Positions 12,579 through 24,960 of a stretch of DNA of 64,000 nt are shown here, piece after piece. Made by a program: the position numbers and the translations under genes. How positions within the stretch are numbered: the stretch's first letter is position 1; the number at the start of each line of letters is the position of its first letter. The DNA is from Okamejei kenojei (lineage: Eukaryota): positions 39,928,001 through 39,992,000 of the forward strand of contig CM069156.1 in the NCBI GenBank assembly GCA_035221665.1, given 5' to 3'. Below the pieces are notes generated by a model. That model ran no database searches. It was not told where the DNA came from and saw nothing but the letters and a program-made list of their open reading frames with translations.

Positions 12579-13446
12579 AAATAGTAAGATTAAATGAGAA
12601 CTTACCAGTTTGAAGTTTGATCTTTATTTTATGAGATGTCGAGTTGAGGGACTACGTGAAGAACCCCGTACAGCCGTTGGTGCGTCAATCTTCAAAGCAG
12701 CGGAGTGAACTCACAGATAACAATGACTGAAGTATAATGGTAAGATAACAAAGAGTAGAACTACCAGATGAAATCTATGAGGGCTGGGAGCGGAGGGCAC
12801 GTAGTACCTCAACTCGACTCCTCATAAAATAAAGATCAAACTTCAAACTTCAAACTGGTAAGTTCTCGTTTAATCTTACTATTTTACTTCAGAGTCACAT
12901 GAGTGACTACGTGAAGACTTCAAAGCACTGTGATTTCACGCCGCAGACCCAAATCCGGCGTTCACACTGCATCGATTAACTCAAAAGTTGTTAACAATCA
13001 ATAATGCGAGGCACTCCGGAGGGAGGAAGGTTGATGACCAGGAGAGTGTTGTTGGTGGAGGCCCATCTTGTGCACCTGGTCCGATGCTGGCTATGGAGCC
13101 AACGATTGCGGACCCACTGCCTGTCAATGGGCCTATCTGACTTGCCAGTGGCCTTCCACCCTAGTGGCAAACCTACACTGCTCACAGGCACTGGGTCCGC
13201 AATCTCCGGAGCGCCTCGCCACCACCTTTTTCACTTTCTGCAACATTTCCAAAAGGACCTCTCCAACCGTCACAGAAAATGAACTGTGAAAATTTTTTTT
13301 TAACTTACCTCGAGTTTTTAAACTTACCGCTTGGAGGAGCGCTGCTGCTCCAACCGGCCGACTGCACCAATGCGTCTGACGTCATGACGCACCAACGGCT
13401 GTATGGGGTTCTTCACGTAGTCACTCACGTGACTCCGAAGTAAAAT
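12579..13446 (-). mobile_element. Non-autonomous mini-DIRS1 element (~870 bp) with both ITRs and ICR
   Basis: Left end (rc) at 13385-13446 and right end with extension at 12579-12690. ICR at ~12795-12920 contains the junction cttactattttacttc. Same terminal motifs as the long DIRS elements; no RT or YR. Confidence 0.85.
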
Positions 13447-13684
13447 CAAAATCAAGAATTATAAATTCTCATTTCATAAATGATTTCACAATTCAGTTCT
13501 GATAATACTGATTTTCAGTATTCCATACTGATATTTGAGAATATATGAGGTTGCATGCAAAATACTGAAAATGTCCGTGAAGTACGCTCTATTGCATTTA
13601 TGTGAGAAATACCAATTTCCCCAACAAAATACTGATTTTCAGCCATCAAAATACAGAAATGCTTGGTCAAACTTGGCAGCTCTG
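13447..13684. mobile_element. MITE end (TIR ttggcagctctg) with aaatactgattttc subterminal repeats; a related end lies at 27987-28075
   Basis: TIR resembles the cagagatgccaa TIR of the 21398 MITE; cagagctgccaag at 27987 carries the same subterminal repeats. Confidence 0.55.
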
Positions 13685-14372
13685 CAATTATTCACAATCA
13701 CATTTTGTTTGAGAATTCAAAATGTGATTTGTGATCTCGTTTATGCGACATGATGGAACTAGAATTTGTTAAAATAGTATGACAGTAAAATAGGTTAGTT
13801 TGAAAGTGATCATAGTAATGTAAATGTATCATTTAGTTTGACTTCAATTTTCATGATGGAAATTAAAGTCGGACTAAATGTTCTATTCACATCACTATTC
13901 CATGTTGAACTTGATGTGATGTAGAGTTGTTCGGTCAGGAGGACCATTAAAGGAGCACTGCACACACTAATACAGTCTAACAGTAACAGGCAATCAAATC
14001 AACACACAAAACATTTTCTAAAAAAAGGTTTTCTTTACTGCAAAAACTTACAGTATCTTTTTTGCAGTTTTTGTATGCTCCTTTATAACATTTTACAACA
14101 GTACAACTTGATTATTAAAAAAAGGACAACAATCCTTGATTTCAAAACAATGAATACAACAATGACACCAATCATCCCATTCCACCCACTCATTACTCTT
14201 GACTCAACCAAAATTATTTCTGAAATATTGGTCATAAATTTGGTACAAAAATGCTCCAAAATAAGGCTCAGAATGCATGAGAGCATCTAAAACCCCAGAG
14301 CTTATTATTTCCCATAAATGTTTTGTTATCCAGTCATTCCACCCCCCTTTTTGAAAAGCTTTATACGAGTCT

Positions 14373-15560
14373 GCTGTACTTGGCACAGGTGTGGCCTGTC
14401 CCTCCCTCCTATGCCACAGGGATCACCCGGGCTGTCTTCCAGTTCATCTGGGGGTCGAGGATGGACTGGGTGCAACAGGCCACAATGCACAACTCAGCAG
14501 GCAATGGGGGTAAAGGTGTGCCCAACATTGCCTTCACCCCGATTGCCACCTCCATGTGTGGCTGCATCAGGCAGAGCATAGAGCCAAGGCAAGTGGGCAC
14601 CAAGTGTCACTACCTGCTGAGGTTCTACCTGTCCCTGGTGTTGCAAAGGATGGGCCTGGCGCAAATGGCACGCAATGCACCAGTCAGCTGGACATTGCCG
14701 CACCATCTGTCATTCGTGGAAAATTCCTTCCAGACCAACACCTTTGACCACAAGTCCACCGGGCCGGGTTAGCTCGGAATGTCCTGCAGGCACTGCAGGG
14801 AAATGACTCCATGGATCCTGTGGCGTGGTTCCCAGAGTATATGGCACAGCTTGAATGGTGAAATGCCTCATCACCAGAACTCACCAACAAGCACCAACAG
14901 CTTGGCTGGTGGTGACAGGTGCCCTCCCAGTCAGATCCTTCCTGCACCGTTGGAACCTCACTACCAGTGCACGCTGCCCTCAGGACGTCTGCTAAGGAGA
15001 GGGAGACAGTTGCCCGCCTCTTTGCAGAGTGTGGATTTGCAAAGAGAGTCTGGTGATGTCTGCAAGAGACCCTGTCATGTTTTATTCCGAACAGCTCCGT
15101 CACAGAGGACTCTGTGATTTACGGACTGTTTCCAGGGACGCATTCAGAGATTGACATCGAGTGCTGCTGGAAGGTCATCAACTCGGTGAAAGACGCTCTT
15201 TGGTTTGCCCGAGCTTTGTTCACCTCCCAGCGGAGCGGGATGTCTGTCGGGGAATGTTTCCGACTGGCCCGCTGCAGACTGCAGGAGTATTTGCTGAGGG
15301 ACGCACTGAAGCTCGGTGCAGCCAATACCAAGGCTCTGTGGGGGAAGAAAAGGGTCAAGGGTCGTTCCGCTGGACATTGGGGGGCAGGGTGTGGTGTGGA
15401 TGCCCCTCAAAAATAAGGGAAGGGATTCCATGCCAATGGGCCTCATGAGTGGCAAGGGTGGGGGATAAATGTGTGAAATTTGTGTAAACAGTTTTGAATG
15501 TTTGTATAGCCTCTGAAATTGTCAGATGAAGATCAAAAAGTCCATTTTGAAATAATTTAA
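14373..15560 (+). mobile_element. Tx1-clade LINE 3' fragment
   Basis: RAVFQFIWGSRMDWV..NGGKGVPN; zinc-knuckle remnant (ETVARLFAECGFAKRVW); WKVINSVKDALW. Confidence 0.75.
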
Positions 15561-16287
15561 AAAACGTTCTCCAGGACGAGGCTATCCCATTGAACTCCGG
15601 GTATGCTGACGCCTGTGATGTCCCCAAATGCGGGATACTTAACTGCAAAATTTGTGATAGCGGGGGGCTGCGTTTGCGCTCTCCCCTGATATTCTAACTG
15701 AAACCAGAATAAAATGCTTTCGTGGCTACAATCTCCAAAATTTAGAAACATAGAAACATAGAAAATAGATGCAGGAGGAGGCCATTCGGCTCTTCGAACC
15801 AGCACCGGCATTCATTGTGATCATAGCTGATCATCCCAAATCAATAACCCGTGCCTGCCTTCTCCCCATATCCCTTCATTCCACTTCATTCCAGCTCTAT
15901 CTAAACTCTCTCTTAAATCCATCCAGTGATTGGTCCTCCACTGTCCTCTGTGGCAGGGAATTCCACAAATTCACAACTCTCTGGGTGAAAAAGTATTTTC
16001 TCACCTCAGTCTTAGATGGCTTCCCCTTTATTCTAAGACTGCAGCCCCTGGTTCTGGACTTGCCCAACATTGGGAGCATTATTCCTGCATCTAGCTTGTC
16101 CAGTCCTTTTATAATTTTACTTCGGAGTCACGTGAGTGACTTCGTGAAGACCCCGCCAGCACGCATGCGCGACATATCGTCGCGCGCATCAGCCTCGGGG
16201 GGGGGGGGGGGGGGAGGGGGGAGTGCGCTCTCTCCACCAGCTCCTTCATAAGGACCGTCAGGTAAGTGCTTACCTTACTCCCACAGG

Positions 16288-18095
16288 ATGGACAAAGGCA
16301 AGACGAAGGCGACACTTGCCAGGAGCCGTGGTGCATTGACCAGCCAGCGGCCTTTGTCCCCGGAGTTGCAAGCACCACCAGCAGCTTCGGGACATGTGGG
16401 GGCAAGAATGCGGAAGTCGGGCGCTCCCGTTACTCTAGCGCCCGACTCATCACCTGAATGGTTTACCGCACCGGAGCTGGAGACTGCTGATCCAGACTTC
16501 GAGCCCCCTTCCCCAAAAAAAGAGGGGGAAAACAGGTACGTGGGAAGGAGCCTCGCTCATCACCAGCGACCTCACCCCGAGTTCCAGCAGACCCAAGGGG
16601 ACTGGGCCGGGGGACAGGTGCACTGCAGGGGAGCCCTGCAGCTGCGCACCACCACATACAACTGCCAGGGAGATCTGCCGTAGAGCAGTCTGGCAGAGCT
16701 ACTGCTGCGTTGAGCAGGCCTGTAGGAGCAGGTGCTGCCGGCAAAACACCTCGTTAGGCTGCGGTCAAGGGCGGTGGTGGCAGCAGTAGACGGTCGGTCA
16801 GCTTAGCTCTGGGAGCGGCCGACCATGCGCCTCCACGCCGAATATTGGGCGACAATGGAGGTAAGCCTGCACGCCCTCCGGGGAGCCAGGTTCCGGGGGC
16901 CGGCGCCGATCCAACTCACCTGCCTTCATATCAGACAGGTGGGCCGCCACAGTCTGTAAGAAGACAGACTAGCGGAGAGTCCGTGCGGGAGTCGTATGAG
17001 CCTACTCTGGCGGTAGGCCACGACGACCTGCCATTGGACCCTAGTCAGCACCTTACGGAGGTGTGGTCCAATGGTGGAAGCCCCAGTGATATCGCAGGGC
17101 CTGGGGAAGTCGGCTTGTCCGCTGCACATAGCAGGGACGGTCGCATAGAGCGGTTGGAGCTCTTAGTGGAGCAACTCCTCCAGCGGGACAGGGACCGGGA
17201 AGAACGGGACTCGCGGGGATCCACAAGCCGCGCAAGGAGTCCTCTCAGTATCTCGTCCTCACCAGCCAGAAGTGCCAGCAGTTGCCCAGCCGTTGTATTT
17301 GAAGACGACCCGGGACAGCCAGTGACCACTGAGCCAGAGCATGAGGAGGAAATGCTGGACATGGTGAGCAAGTTTGCCGCAACTATACAAACAGGGGAAC
17401 CCCTGCACCACAAACTGGCGGGCACCATTGATTACCTGACTACTCACCAACTCCAGAGTCAGGTACTCAATGACACTATGGAGAAAATAAAGCCACCTGA
17501 GAACTGCATTAACCTCAGTGTTCCCCTGGTTAATGCTCAAATCTGGGGACACTTGAGCACGGCCACCAGGATGCAGGATGTCCGCCTCCAGCGTATCTTA
17601 ACGGTCCTCTCCATGGGTATAACGGCGTTTGCTAGGACCCTTGACGGGGATAATGTGTCCAGTGAACAACAAGTTGCCCTGGCACTCGTATGCAACGCCC
17701 AGTATGAGATCAACTGCCTGCGTAAGAGCTCCATAAAGCCCACACTCAACCCCAAATTCGCGGGGTTGTGCCGTCCTTCAACCACTCCACCACATCATCA
17801 ACTGTTTGGAGATCTCTCCAAACAAGTGAAGGAACTAGACGAGGAGGCCAAAACAGCTGGCCTAATGAAACCTCCTACGACTAGACTTCACCCATACCAC
17901 CGGCAACAACCACACACAAACTGGAAACCGCGGCAGCCGGACAGGACACCAAGGGCTTATCCCCCTCCACTTCCTCAAACACAGCAGCCTTTTTTAGGAC
18001 AAGGCGAACAGCGGCCTGCGTGGAATATGCGGCCGCCATCCCGACAATCTCCACAACGTCCACCCAAAGCGACATACGCCAGGAACCGTCGTTAA
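16288..18095 (+). pseudogene. DIRS-A gag-like ORF1 (5' part disrupted; main ORF 16845..18095)
   Basis: 416-aa ORF with PENC..L.VP.VN..IW..L..R.QD.RLQ and LFG..PFLG, typical of DIRS gag; homologous to 29822..30133. Confidence 0.75.
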
Positions 18096-18097
18096 CC

Positions 18098-20030
18098 ATG
18101 GAGGTAAGGGGGCCTGGTTCCTCTCAGACCGTAGCATCCCTTCCTGCACAAATTGGTGGGCGATTGGGGGCCTTTTTGGGAATATGGAACACTATCACCA
18201 CAGATGAGTTTATTTTATAAAGTGTTCAAGGTTATGTTATAGAATTCATTGGTGGTAAAAATCCCCCTACCCAGCATTCGCCTCATCGGAAATTTACACT
18301 CTCCCAAAAAGAGGTGGAAGCAGGACAGGCTGAAATTGTATGGCTAGCAGCAAAAGGGGTGATTGGGAAAACAATGCACGAACCCCTTGAGTTTGTGTCC
18401 AACATTTTCACCAGAATTAAAAAAGATTGGGGGTGTCGAATTATAATAGACCTAACTGAGCTGAACACCTTTGTACAATATACTCACTTTAAAATGGATA
18501 ACTTTGAAACAGCCAAGCAGATGCTTTACCCGGGGTACTTTATGGCATGCATCGATTTAAAAGATGCATACTATACAGTGCCCATCACTGTATACAGTGC
18601 CCATCTCACAGAAAATTTTTGAAATTTGTCTGGAAGGAACAATTATGGGAATACAAAGCATTGCCCAATGGAATCACCACAGCCCCTAGACTATTTACAA
18701 AATTAGTAAAACCTATATTGGCTCTTCTCCATCAACAAAATTACATGGTCATGGCATATTTAGATGATATCCTAATAGTGGGTCAGACCCTCCAATTGGC
18801 TACACGGGTAGTGGCAGCAACTAAGGCTTTATTCGAGAAGCTGGGATTTGTAATCCATCCAGACAAGTCAAAATTGCACCCGTCACGGGTTATGGATTAT
18901 TTGGGGTTCACCCTAGACACCAGCTTAATGATGATCACCATCCCAACCAATAAAGCTACCGCTATAAAAGAAGAGTGCCACAGTCTTGCTTGCGCCAGGG
19001 TACCGACCATCCAGCAAACGGCAAAAGTAATAGGGAAATTGGTAGCTACATTCTCAGCTGCACAATTCGGACCACTACATTACCAAAACTTACAAAGAAC
19101 AAAGATCGCAGCATTAAAAGCAAATGCTGGGCACTTTGATCGACCAATCCGGTTACCACCAAAAGCTAGAGCCGAGCTACAATGGTGGATTGACAATATT
19201 AGCGAGTGGCGCAGACCCATCATAGTAAGCAACCCATCCGTCGTGCTACAGACTGACGCAAGCGCACAAGGCTGGGGAGCAACTGATACTATGTCCAGTT
19301 GTGGTGGCAGATGGGACTCTCATGAGTCTACCTTCCTTCAGTCACACGGGATAAATTATATAGAAATGTTAGGGGCGTTTCATGGACTGCGGGCTTACTG
19401 TACTAATTCACGGGACTTACATGTCCGCCTCCAAATAGATAACACAACAGTGGTGGCTTACATCAATCATATGGGTGGTATCAGGTCGCTATCTTGTGAT
19501 GAATTGGCAAACACAATTTGGCACTGGTGCATCGAGAGGAATATTTGGATTACAGCGACCTATTTGCCAGGAAAGCTTAATACAGTGGCGGACACCAGGT
19601 CACGAGTATTCAATGACAACTTCGAGTGGATGTTGAACCCCCAAATTTTTGGAGACATTATAGCTCACTACGGGACACCAGATATTGACCTTTTTGCGTC
19701 CAGGTTGAACCATCAGATACCAACGTATGTGGCTTGGGAACCAGACCCTGGGGCAATAGCAATTTTATCCATTGGGGGAAATGGTTTTGCTACGCATTTC
19801 CCCCATTTTGCCTCATCAGTCGGGTATTGAAGAAAATTAAACTGGACTCTGCAACTGGCATATTGATCATTCCCGACTGGCCTACACAACCATGGTACCC
19901 GATGGTCCTTAAAATTTTGAAACGACCATGGGTTTTGATTGGGAAACATCCCAAATTGATTACTCACCCCATTACGGTGGATAGTCATCCATGCCATGGT
20001 CACCTAAACTTGTTGGCCTGCAGGTTCTGA
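18098..20030 (+). pseudogene. DIRS-A pol: RT + RNase H + Dam-like methyltransferase (MT) domain; one stop and about two frameshifts
   Basis: IDLKDAYY, LPNGITTAPRLFTK, AYLDD, YLG; RH motifs TDAS..GWG, INYIE, IDN; MT motifs DLFASRLNHQ and YAFPPF..IPDWPTQPWYP. Confidence 0.9.
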
Positions 20031-21058
20031 AAAGACCACTCATCAAGGTGGGCATCTCACCACGAGCCATGGAACTCATCTCAGCATCATGTCGAGAATC
20101 AACTCGGAGGCAGTACCTCACACAGATCAGGAAGTGGGAGGCATTCTGCTCTCGTACCAACACGACTTTCAACACGGCAACTATCCCTGATGTCCTGGAA
20201 TTCCTAGCTGGTCTTCATTTCGATGCTGGCCTTAGCTACAGTGCCATCAACAGCGCCAGGAGTGCACTATCCTCATACCTGGACATAGGTATAGGCTCAA
20301 ACCACCTGGTGTCTAAACTCATGAGGGGAGTGTTTAACACCAACCCTCCACGACCCAGATACACCTTCACCTGGATCGTTCTGACCCTAGTGAGGAGCTG
20401 GACTCCAATGAACGAGTTACCACTCAAACAGCTCACCCTCAAAGTGGTGATGCTGATGGCACTGATTACAGCCCAACGAGTCCAGACATTACAAAAGCTG
20501 CGGCTGGATAGCATGGTTTCCACCCCTAATCAAATAAACTTCTTTGTCCAGGACTTATTGAAGCAGCACAGGCCAGGGGCTCATGGGCTGCAGTTGGAGA
20601 TTTGGACATACTCTGTAGATGCCACCCTCTGCATGGTCACCCATCTACACTACTATATCCGAATTACAAGAACCATCAGGAAGAAGGAGCAGGGGCTCCT
20701 CATCGGCCAAAACCCTCTACATCATCGGGTGACTGTACAGACTATCGCCATGTGGCTCAGGGTAGTGTTAGATGCAGCCGGAGTTGCTACTAACATTTTT
20801 AAATCTAATTCCATTAGGGCTGCATCCACATCAGCGGCGACGGCCATGGAGGTGCCCATGGACCACATCCTCGCCACCGCGGGCTGGGCCAGTGAAGAAA
20901 CCTTCCAAAGGTTCTACAATAAGCCACTGGTCGCCCCGCGACATTCGCAGAAGCTGTGCTGGGAGCCGCTCAGTGCATGTCTGTCCCCGAATCACGGGTT
21001 ATTTGTTTGTTATTATTTGATTAATAAATTGTATCATTTTTCAGCCAGTTTTGACTGA
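20024..21058 (+). CDS. DIRS-A tyrosine recombinase (probably inactive: HxxR reads NSIR)
   Basis: YSAINSARSALS, AQRVQTLQKL, LLKQHRP, NSIRAASTS, ILATAGWASEETFQRFY. Confidence 0.85.
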   Translation, partial: VLKRPLIKVGISPRAMELISASCRESTRRQYLTQIRKWEAFCSRTNTTFNTATIPDVLEFLAGLHFDAGLSYSAINSARSALSSYLDIGIGSNHLVSKLMRGVFNTNPPRPRYTFTWIVLTLVRSWTPMNELPLKQLTLKVVMLMALITAQRVQTLQKLRLDSMVSTPNQINFFVQDLLKQHRPGAHGLQLEIWTYSVDATLCMVTHLHYYIRITRTIRKKEQGLLIGQNPLHHRVTVQTIAMWLRVVLDAAGVATNIFKSNSIRAASTSAATAMEVPMDHILATAGWASEETFQRFYNKPLVAPRHSQKLCWEPLSACLSPNHGLFVCYYLINKLYHFSASFD

Positions 21059-21145
21059 ACTGCATTAACAGCCTTCCTCCATCAGAATTGCGGCAGTGTG
21101 ATAGCATGGACGTTGTCCAGGGCGTGAAATCACAGAGCTTTGAAA

Positions 21146-21259
21146 TCTTCACAAAGTCACTCACGTGACTCCGAAGTAAAATAGTAAGATTAAATGAGAA
21201 CTTACCAAGTTTGAAGGTTGATCTTTATTTTACGAGGAGTCACGGTGAGGGATTTCGTG
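21146..21259 (+). repeat. DIRS-A internal complementary region (ICR)
   Basis: Reverse complement of the left terminus joined through aaaat to the reverse complement of the right extension. Confidence 0.85.
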
Positions 21260-21397
21260 CCCCCCGCTCCCACCCTCTATCATAAGGTCAACTCGGAAGT
21301 TCTACGTTCTTCATCTTACTATTTTCAGTTATGGTGCATTCTGTGATTCCACACCGCTGCTTTGAAGGATGTCGCGCATGCGTGCTGGCGGGGTCTT

Positions 21398-22041
21398 CAG
21401 AGATGCCAAGTGTCCCGGATTCGCCGTATTTTATCCCGGCGAAATAACTTTTTTACGGTGTTCCGGCAGCCAAGCATGCTGTTACGGAACACCGCCGCGC
21501 CGGTGTTCCTCCCGTGAGAACGCCGGCGCCATGTGTCCCCGGTTTGCCAGCCCGCGCGATCAGCGGCATTTTGCCGGGCCCTAGTGACCGCGCCTGCGCA
21601 GTGGGGGAGGGTTGCCGGGCCCTAGTGACCGCGCCTGCGCAGTGGGGGAGGGTTGCCGGGCCACAGTGGCCGCGCGTGCGCAGTGGGGGAGGGTTGCCGG
21701 GCCTGGCGCGATTTCGAGCCACGCCACGCCCGGCCCAGAGCCCGGGTGGCGCCGGCCCGCGCGATCAGCGGCACTTTCTTGCCGCTAGCCGGCCGCTCGC
21801 GGCAGCCCCATCACCGGGCCTCCCACCCAGTGCGCAGGCGCAGACCCGCCGGCAACCATGCCAAGTGCGCATGTGCCGCACCCGCCCGCCGGCAGCCCGC
21901 TGATCTGCACCAGTGCGCAGGCGCATAGCCGCCGGCAACAACCCCAGGTGAGTGTTACGGAGAGAAATGCATTTAACCCCATTTGTTACGGACAAATGGG
22001 TTAAATGTTACTGTGAACTAAATTTAGGGTTGGCATCTCTG
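21398..22041. mobile_element. MITE (644 bp) with 12-bp TIRs and 6-bp TSD, inserted in the DIRS-A right ITR
   Basis: cagagatgccaa / ttggcatctctg; ggtctt at 21392-21397 and 22042-22047; three internal ~41-bp GC-rich repeats at 21572-21700. Confidence 0.9.
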
Positions 22042-23764
22042 GGTCTTCACGAAATCCCTCACCGCGACTTTTACTATTTTATATGATTCTATAAGATCCC
22101 CCTCATCCTTCTAAACTCCAGTGAATACAAGCCTAGTCTTTTCAATCTTTCCTCATATGACAGTCCCGCCATTCCAGGGATCAAACTCGTGAACCTACGC
22201 TGCACTGCCTCAATCACAAGGATGTCCTTCCTCAAATTAGGAGACCAAAACTGTACACAAATCATTCATATATATGGTAAACAATTGCAGCCCCAACTAC
22301 ACTCGCCACTGCTGCCATTCTGAAAAGGTCCCGTTCACTCCTAACTCTTTGCTTCCTGTCTGCCAACCAATTTTCTATTCATCTCAACACCCTACCCCCA
22401 ATACCATGTGCTCTAATTTTAGTCACCAGTTTGCCGTGCAGGACCATATCAAAGGCTTTCTGAAAGTCTAGATACACTACATCCACTGGCTCCCCTTCAT
22501 CCATTTTACTTGTCACATCTTCAAAAAATTCCAGAAGATTAGTCAAGCATGATTTCCCTTTCATAAATCCATGTTGACTTGGACTAATCGTTTTACTGCT
22601 ATCCAAATACCCCATTATTACCTCTTTAATAATTGTCTCCAGCATCTCCCCCTGAAATGACCCTGCGTCTTCCGGATTATGCCCAGAAATTCCTGCCATT
22701 GCTGTTCCACCGTCATTCCTGCTAGGATCCCTTTCCAGTCTTCCTTGGCCAGCTCCTCTCTCATGCCTTCATAGTCCCCTTTCTTAACTGCATCACTGCC
22801 ACTTCCGACTCAACCTTCTCCTTCTCAAATTGCAGATTAAAACTAATCATATTATGATCACTACTTCACCTTCACCTCAAGTTCTCTTATCAAATCTGGT
22901 TCATTAGACAACACTAAATCCAGAATTACCTTTTCTCTGGTCGATTCCATTAAAAGCTGCTCTGAGAATCCATCTCGCACTCTACAAACTCTCTTTCTTG
23001 GGGTCCTGAACCAACCTGACTTTCCCAGTCTACCTGCATATTGAAATCCCCCATCACCACAGCGGCATTACCTTTGTTACATGCCAGTTTTAACTCCTGC
23101 TGTAACATACACCATGCATCAGGACTACTATTTGGGGGTCTGTTGATTACACCAATTAGTGTCTTCTTGTCTTTACAATTCCTCAACTTAATCCACAGTG
23201 ACTCTACCTCATCAGTCCCTATGTCTTCCCTCGCAAGGGACTGAATTCCATCCCTCACCAGAAGTGCTATCCCCCACCTGCCTGCCCTTTCTATAGGATG
23301 TATAACCCTGAATATTAAGTTCCAAGGCCCGATCCTCCTGCAGCCACGTCTCAGTAATCCTCACAATGTCATATCTACCAATCTCTAACTGAGCCTCAAG
23401 CTCATCTAATTTACTTCTTACACTTCGCGCATTCATATACAATACTTTTAATTCCTTACGCATCTCACCTTTCACATCGATCCCGACTACACTTGGCCAC
23501 ACTCTCCTATCCATTTGTGAGCTTCCTTTCCTGCTAATTCTGGGGTCATTAACTATCGCTTTACTCTCTTTCCCTTTAACTCCGTCCTTGACTATCCCAT
23601 TTGACACCCCCCTCCCCTTATTTAGTTTAAAACCACCCGTGTAGCAGTGGCAAACCTGCCTGTCTGGTTTTATTTTAAGGCGACTATCTTAGAACTTTTT
23701 TTCTCCTCAACATCATTAAAATCTATTTCTCGTCATCCTCATATTTTTCATCAGCCATGACAGT

Positions 23765-24960
23765 TATAGACAATAGACAATAGGTGCAGGAGTAGGCCAT
23801 TTGTCCCTTCGAGCCAGCACCGCCATTCAATGTGATCATGACTGATCATCCCCAATCAGTACCTCTAGCGTGTCCAAGTCCTTAACAATCTTATATGTTT
23901 CAATGAGATTCCCTCTCATCCTTCTAAACTCCAGAGTGTACAAGCCCAGCTGCTCCATTCACTCAGCATATGACAGTCCAGCCATCCCGGGAATTAACTT
24001 TGTAAACCTATGCTGCACTCCCTCAATAGCAAGAATGTCCTTCCTCAAATTAGGGGACCACAACTGCACACAATACTCCAGCTGTGGTCTCACTAGGGCT
24101 CTGTACAACTGCAGAAGGACCTCTTTGCTCCTATATTCGATTCCTCTTGTTATAAAGGCCAACATGCCATTTGCTTTCTTCACTGCCTGCTGTACCTGCA
24201 TGCTTACTTTCATAGACTAATGTACAAAGACCACCCGATCCTGTTGTACTTCCCCTTTTCCCAACTTAATGCCATTTAGATAGTAATCTGCCTCCCTCTT
24301 TTTACCAAAGTGGATAACCTCACATTTATCCGCATCAAACTTCATCTGCCATGCATCTGCCCACTCCCCCAACCTGTCCAAGTCACCCTGCACTCTCATA
24401 GCATCCTCCTCACAGTTCACACTGCCACCCAGCTTTGTGTCATCTGCAAATTTGCTAATGTTACTTTGAATCCCTTCATCCAAATCATTGATGTATATTG
24501 TAAATAGCTACGGTCCCAGCACCGAGCCTTGCGGTAACCCACTAGTCACTGCCTGTCATTCTGAAAGGGACCCGTTAATCCCTACTCTTTGTTTCCTGTC
24601 TGACAACCACTTCTCTATCCATGTCAGCACTCTACCCCCAATACCATGTGCCCTACTTTTGCCCACTAATCTCCTATGTGAGACCTTATCAAATGCTTTC
24701 TGAAAGTCCAGGTACACTACATCCACGGCTCTCCCTTGTCCATTTTCCTAGTTACACCTCCAAAACATTCCAGAAGTTTAGTCAAGCATGATTTCCCCTT
24801 CCCATGCTGACTCGGACCGATCCTGTTACTGCTATCCAAATGTGCGGCTATCACATCTTTTATAATTGACTCTAGCATCTTCCCCACCACCGATGTCAGG
24901 CTAACTGGTCTATAATTCCCCGTTTTCTCTCTGCCGCCTTTCTTAAAAAGTGGTCTCTTA
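23765..24960 (-). mobile_element. CR1 LINE RT fragment
   Basis: KFADDTKLGG, LYRALVRPQLEYC, NYRPVSLTS. Confidence 0.9.

Larger units (their letters stand above)
12153..14372 (+). mobile_element. Second, older copy of the hAT-like element 3' part, carrying nested insertions
   Basis: 12153-12250 matches ~4715-4810; 13895-14300 matches ~4975-5375; degenerate right TIR ctttatacgagtctg near 14372. Confidence 0.65.
16114..22080 (+). mobile_element. DIRS1-type tyrosine-recombinase retrotransposon (DIRS-A), near full length
   Basis: gag, RT/RNaseH/MT and YR ORFs; ITRs (16114-16175 vs 21369-21397 plus 22048-22070); ICR 21146-21259; ATTTT at both ends. Confidence 0.92.
15745..23645 (-). mobile_element. 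CR1 LINE (3' end at 15745, EN region near 23200-23500), split by DIRS-A at ATTTT
   Basis: CR1 motifs on both sides (FFTQRVVNLWNSLP; YLDFQKAFD; YMNARSV..ITETWL). The flanks cttttata|ATTTT|atatg rejoin. Confidence 0.85.

Noticed and set aside
21572-21700. Regular ~41-bp repeats, superficially CRISPR-like
   Set aside because: Direct tandem repeats without unique spacers, inside a MITE in a vertebrate genome.
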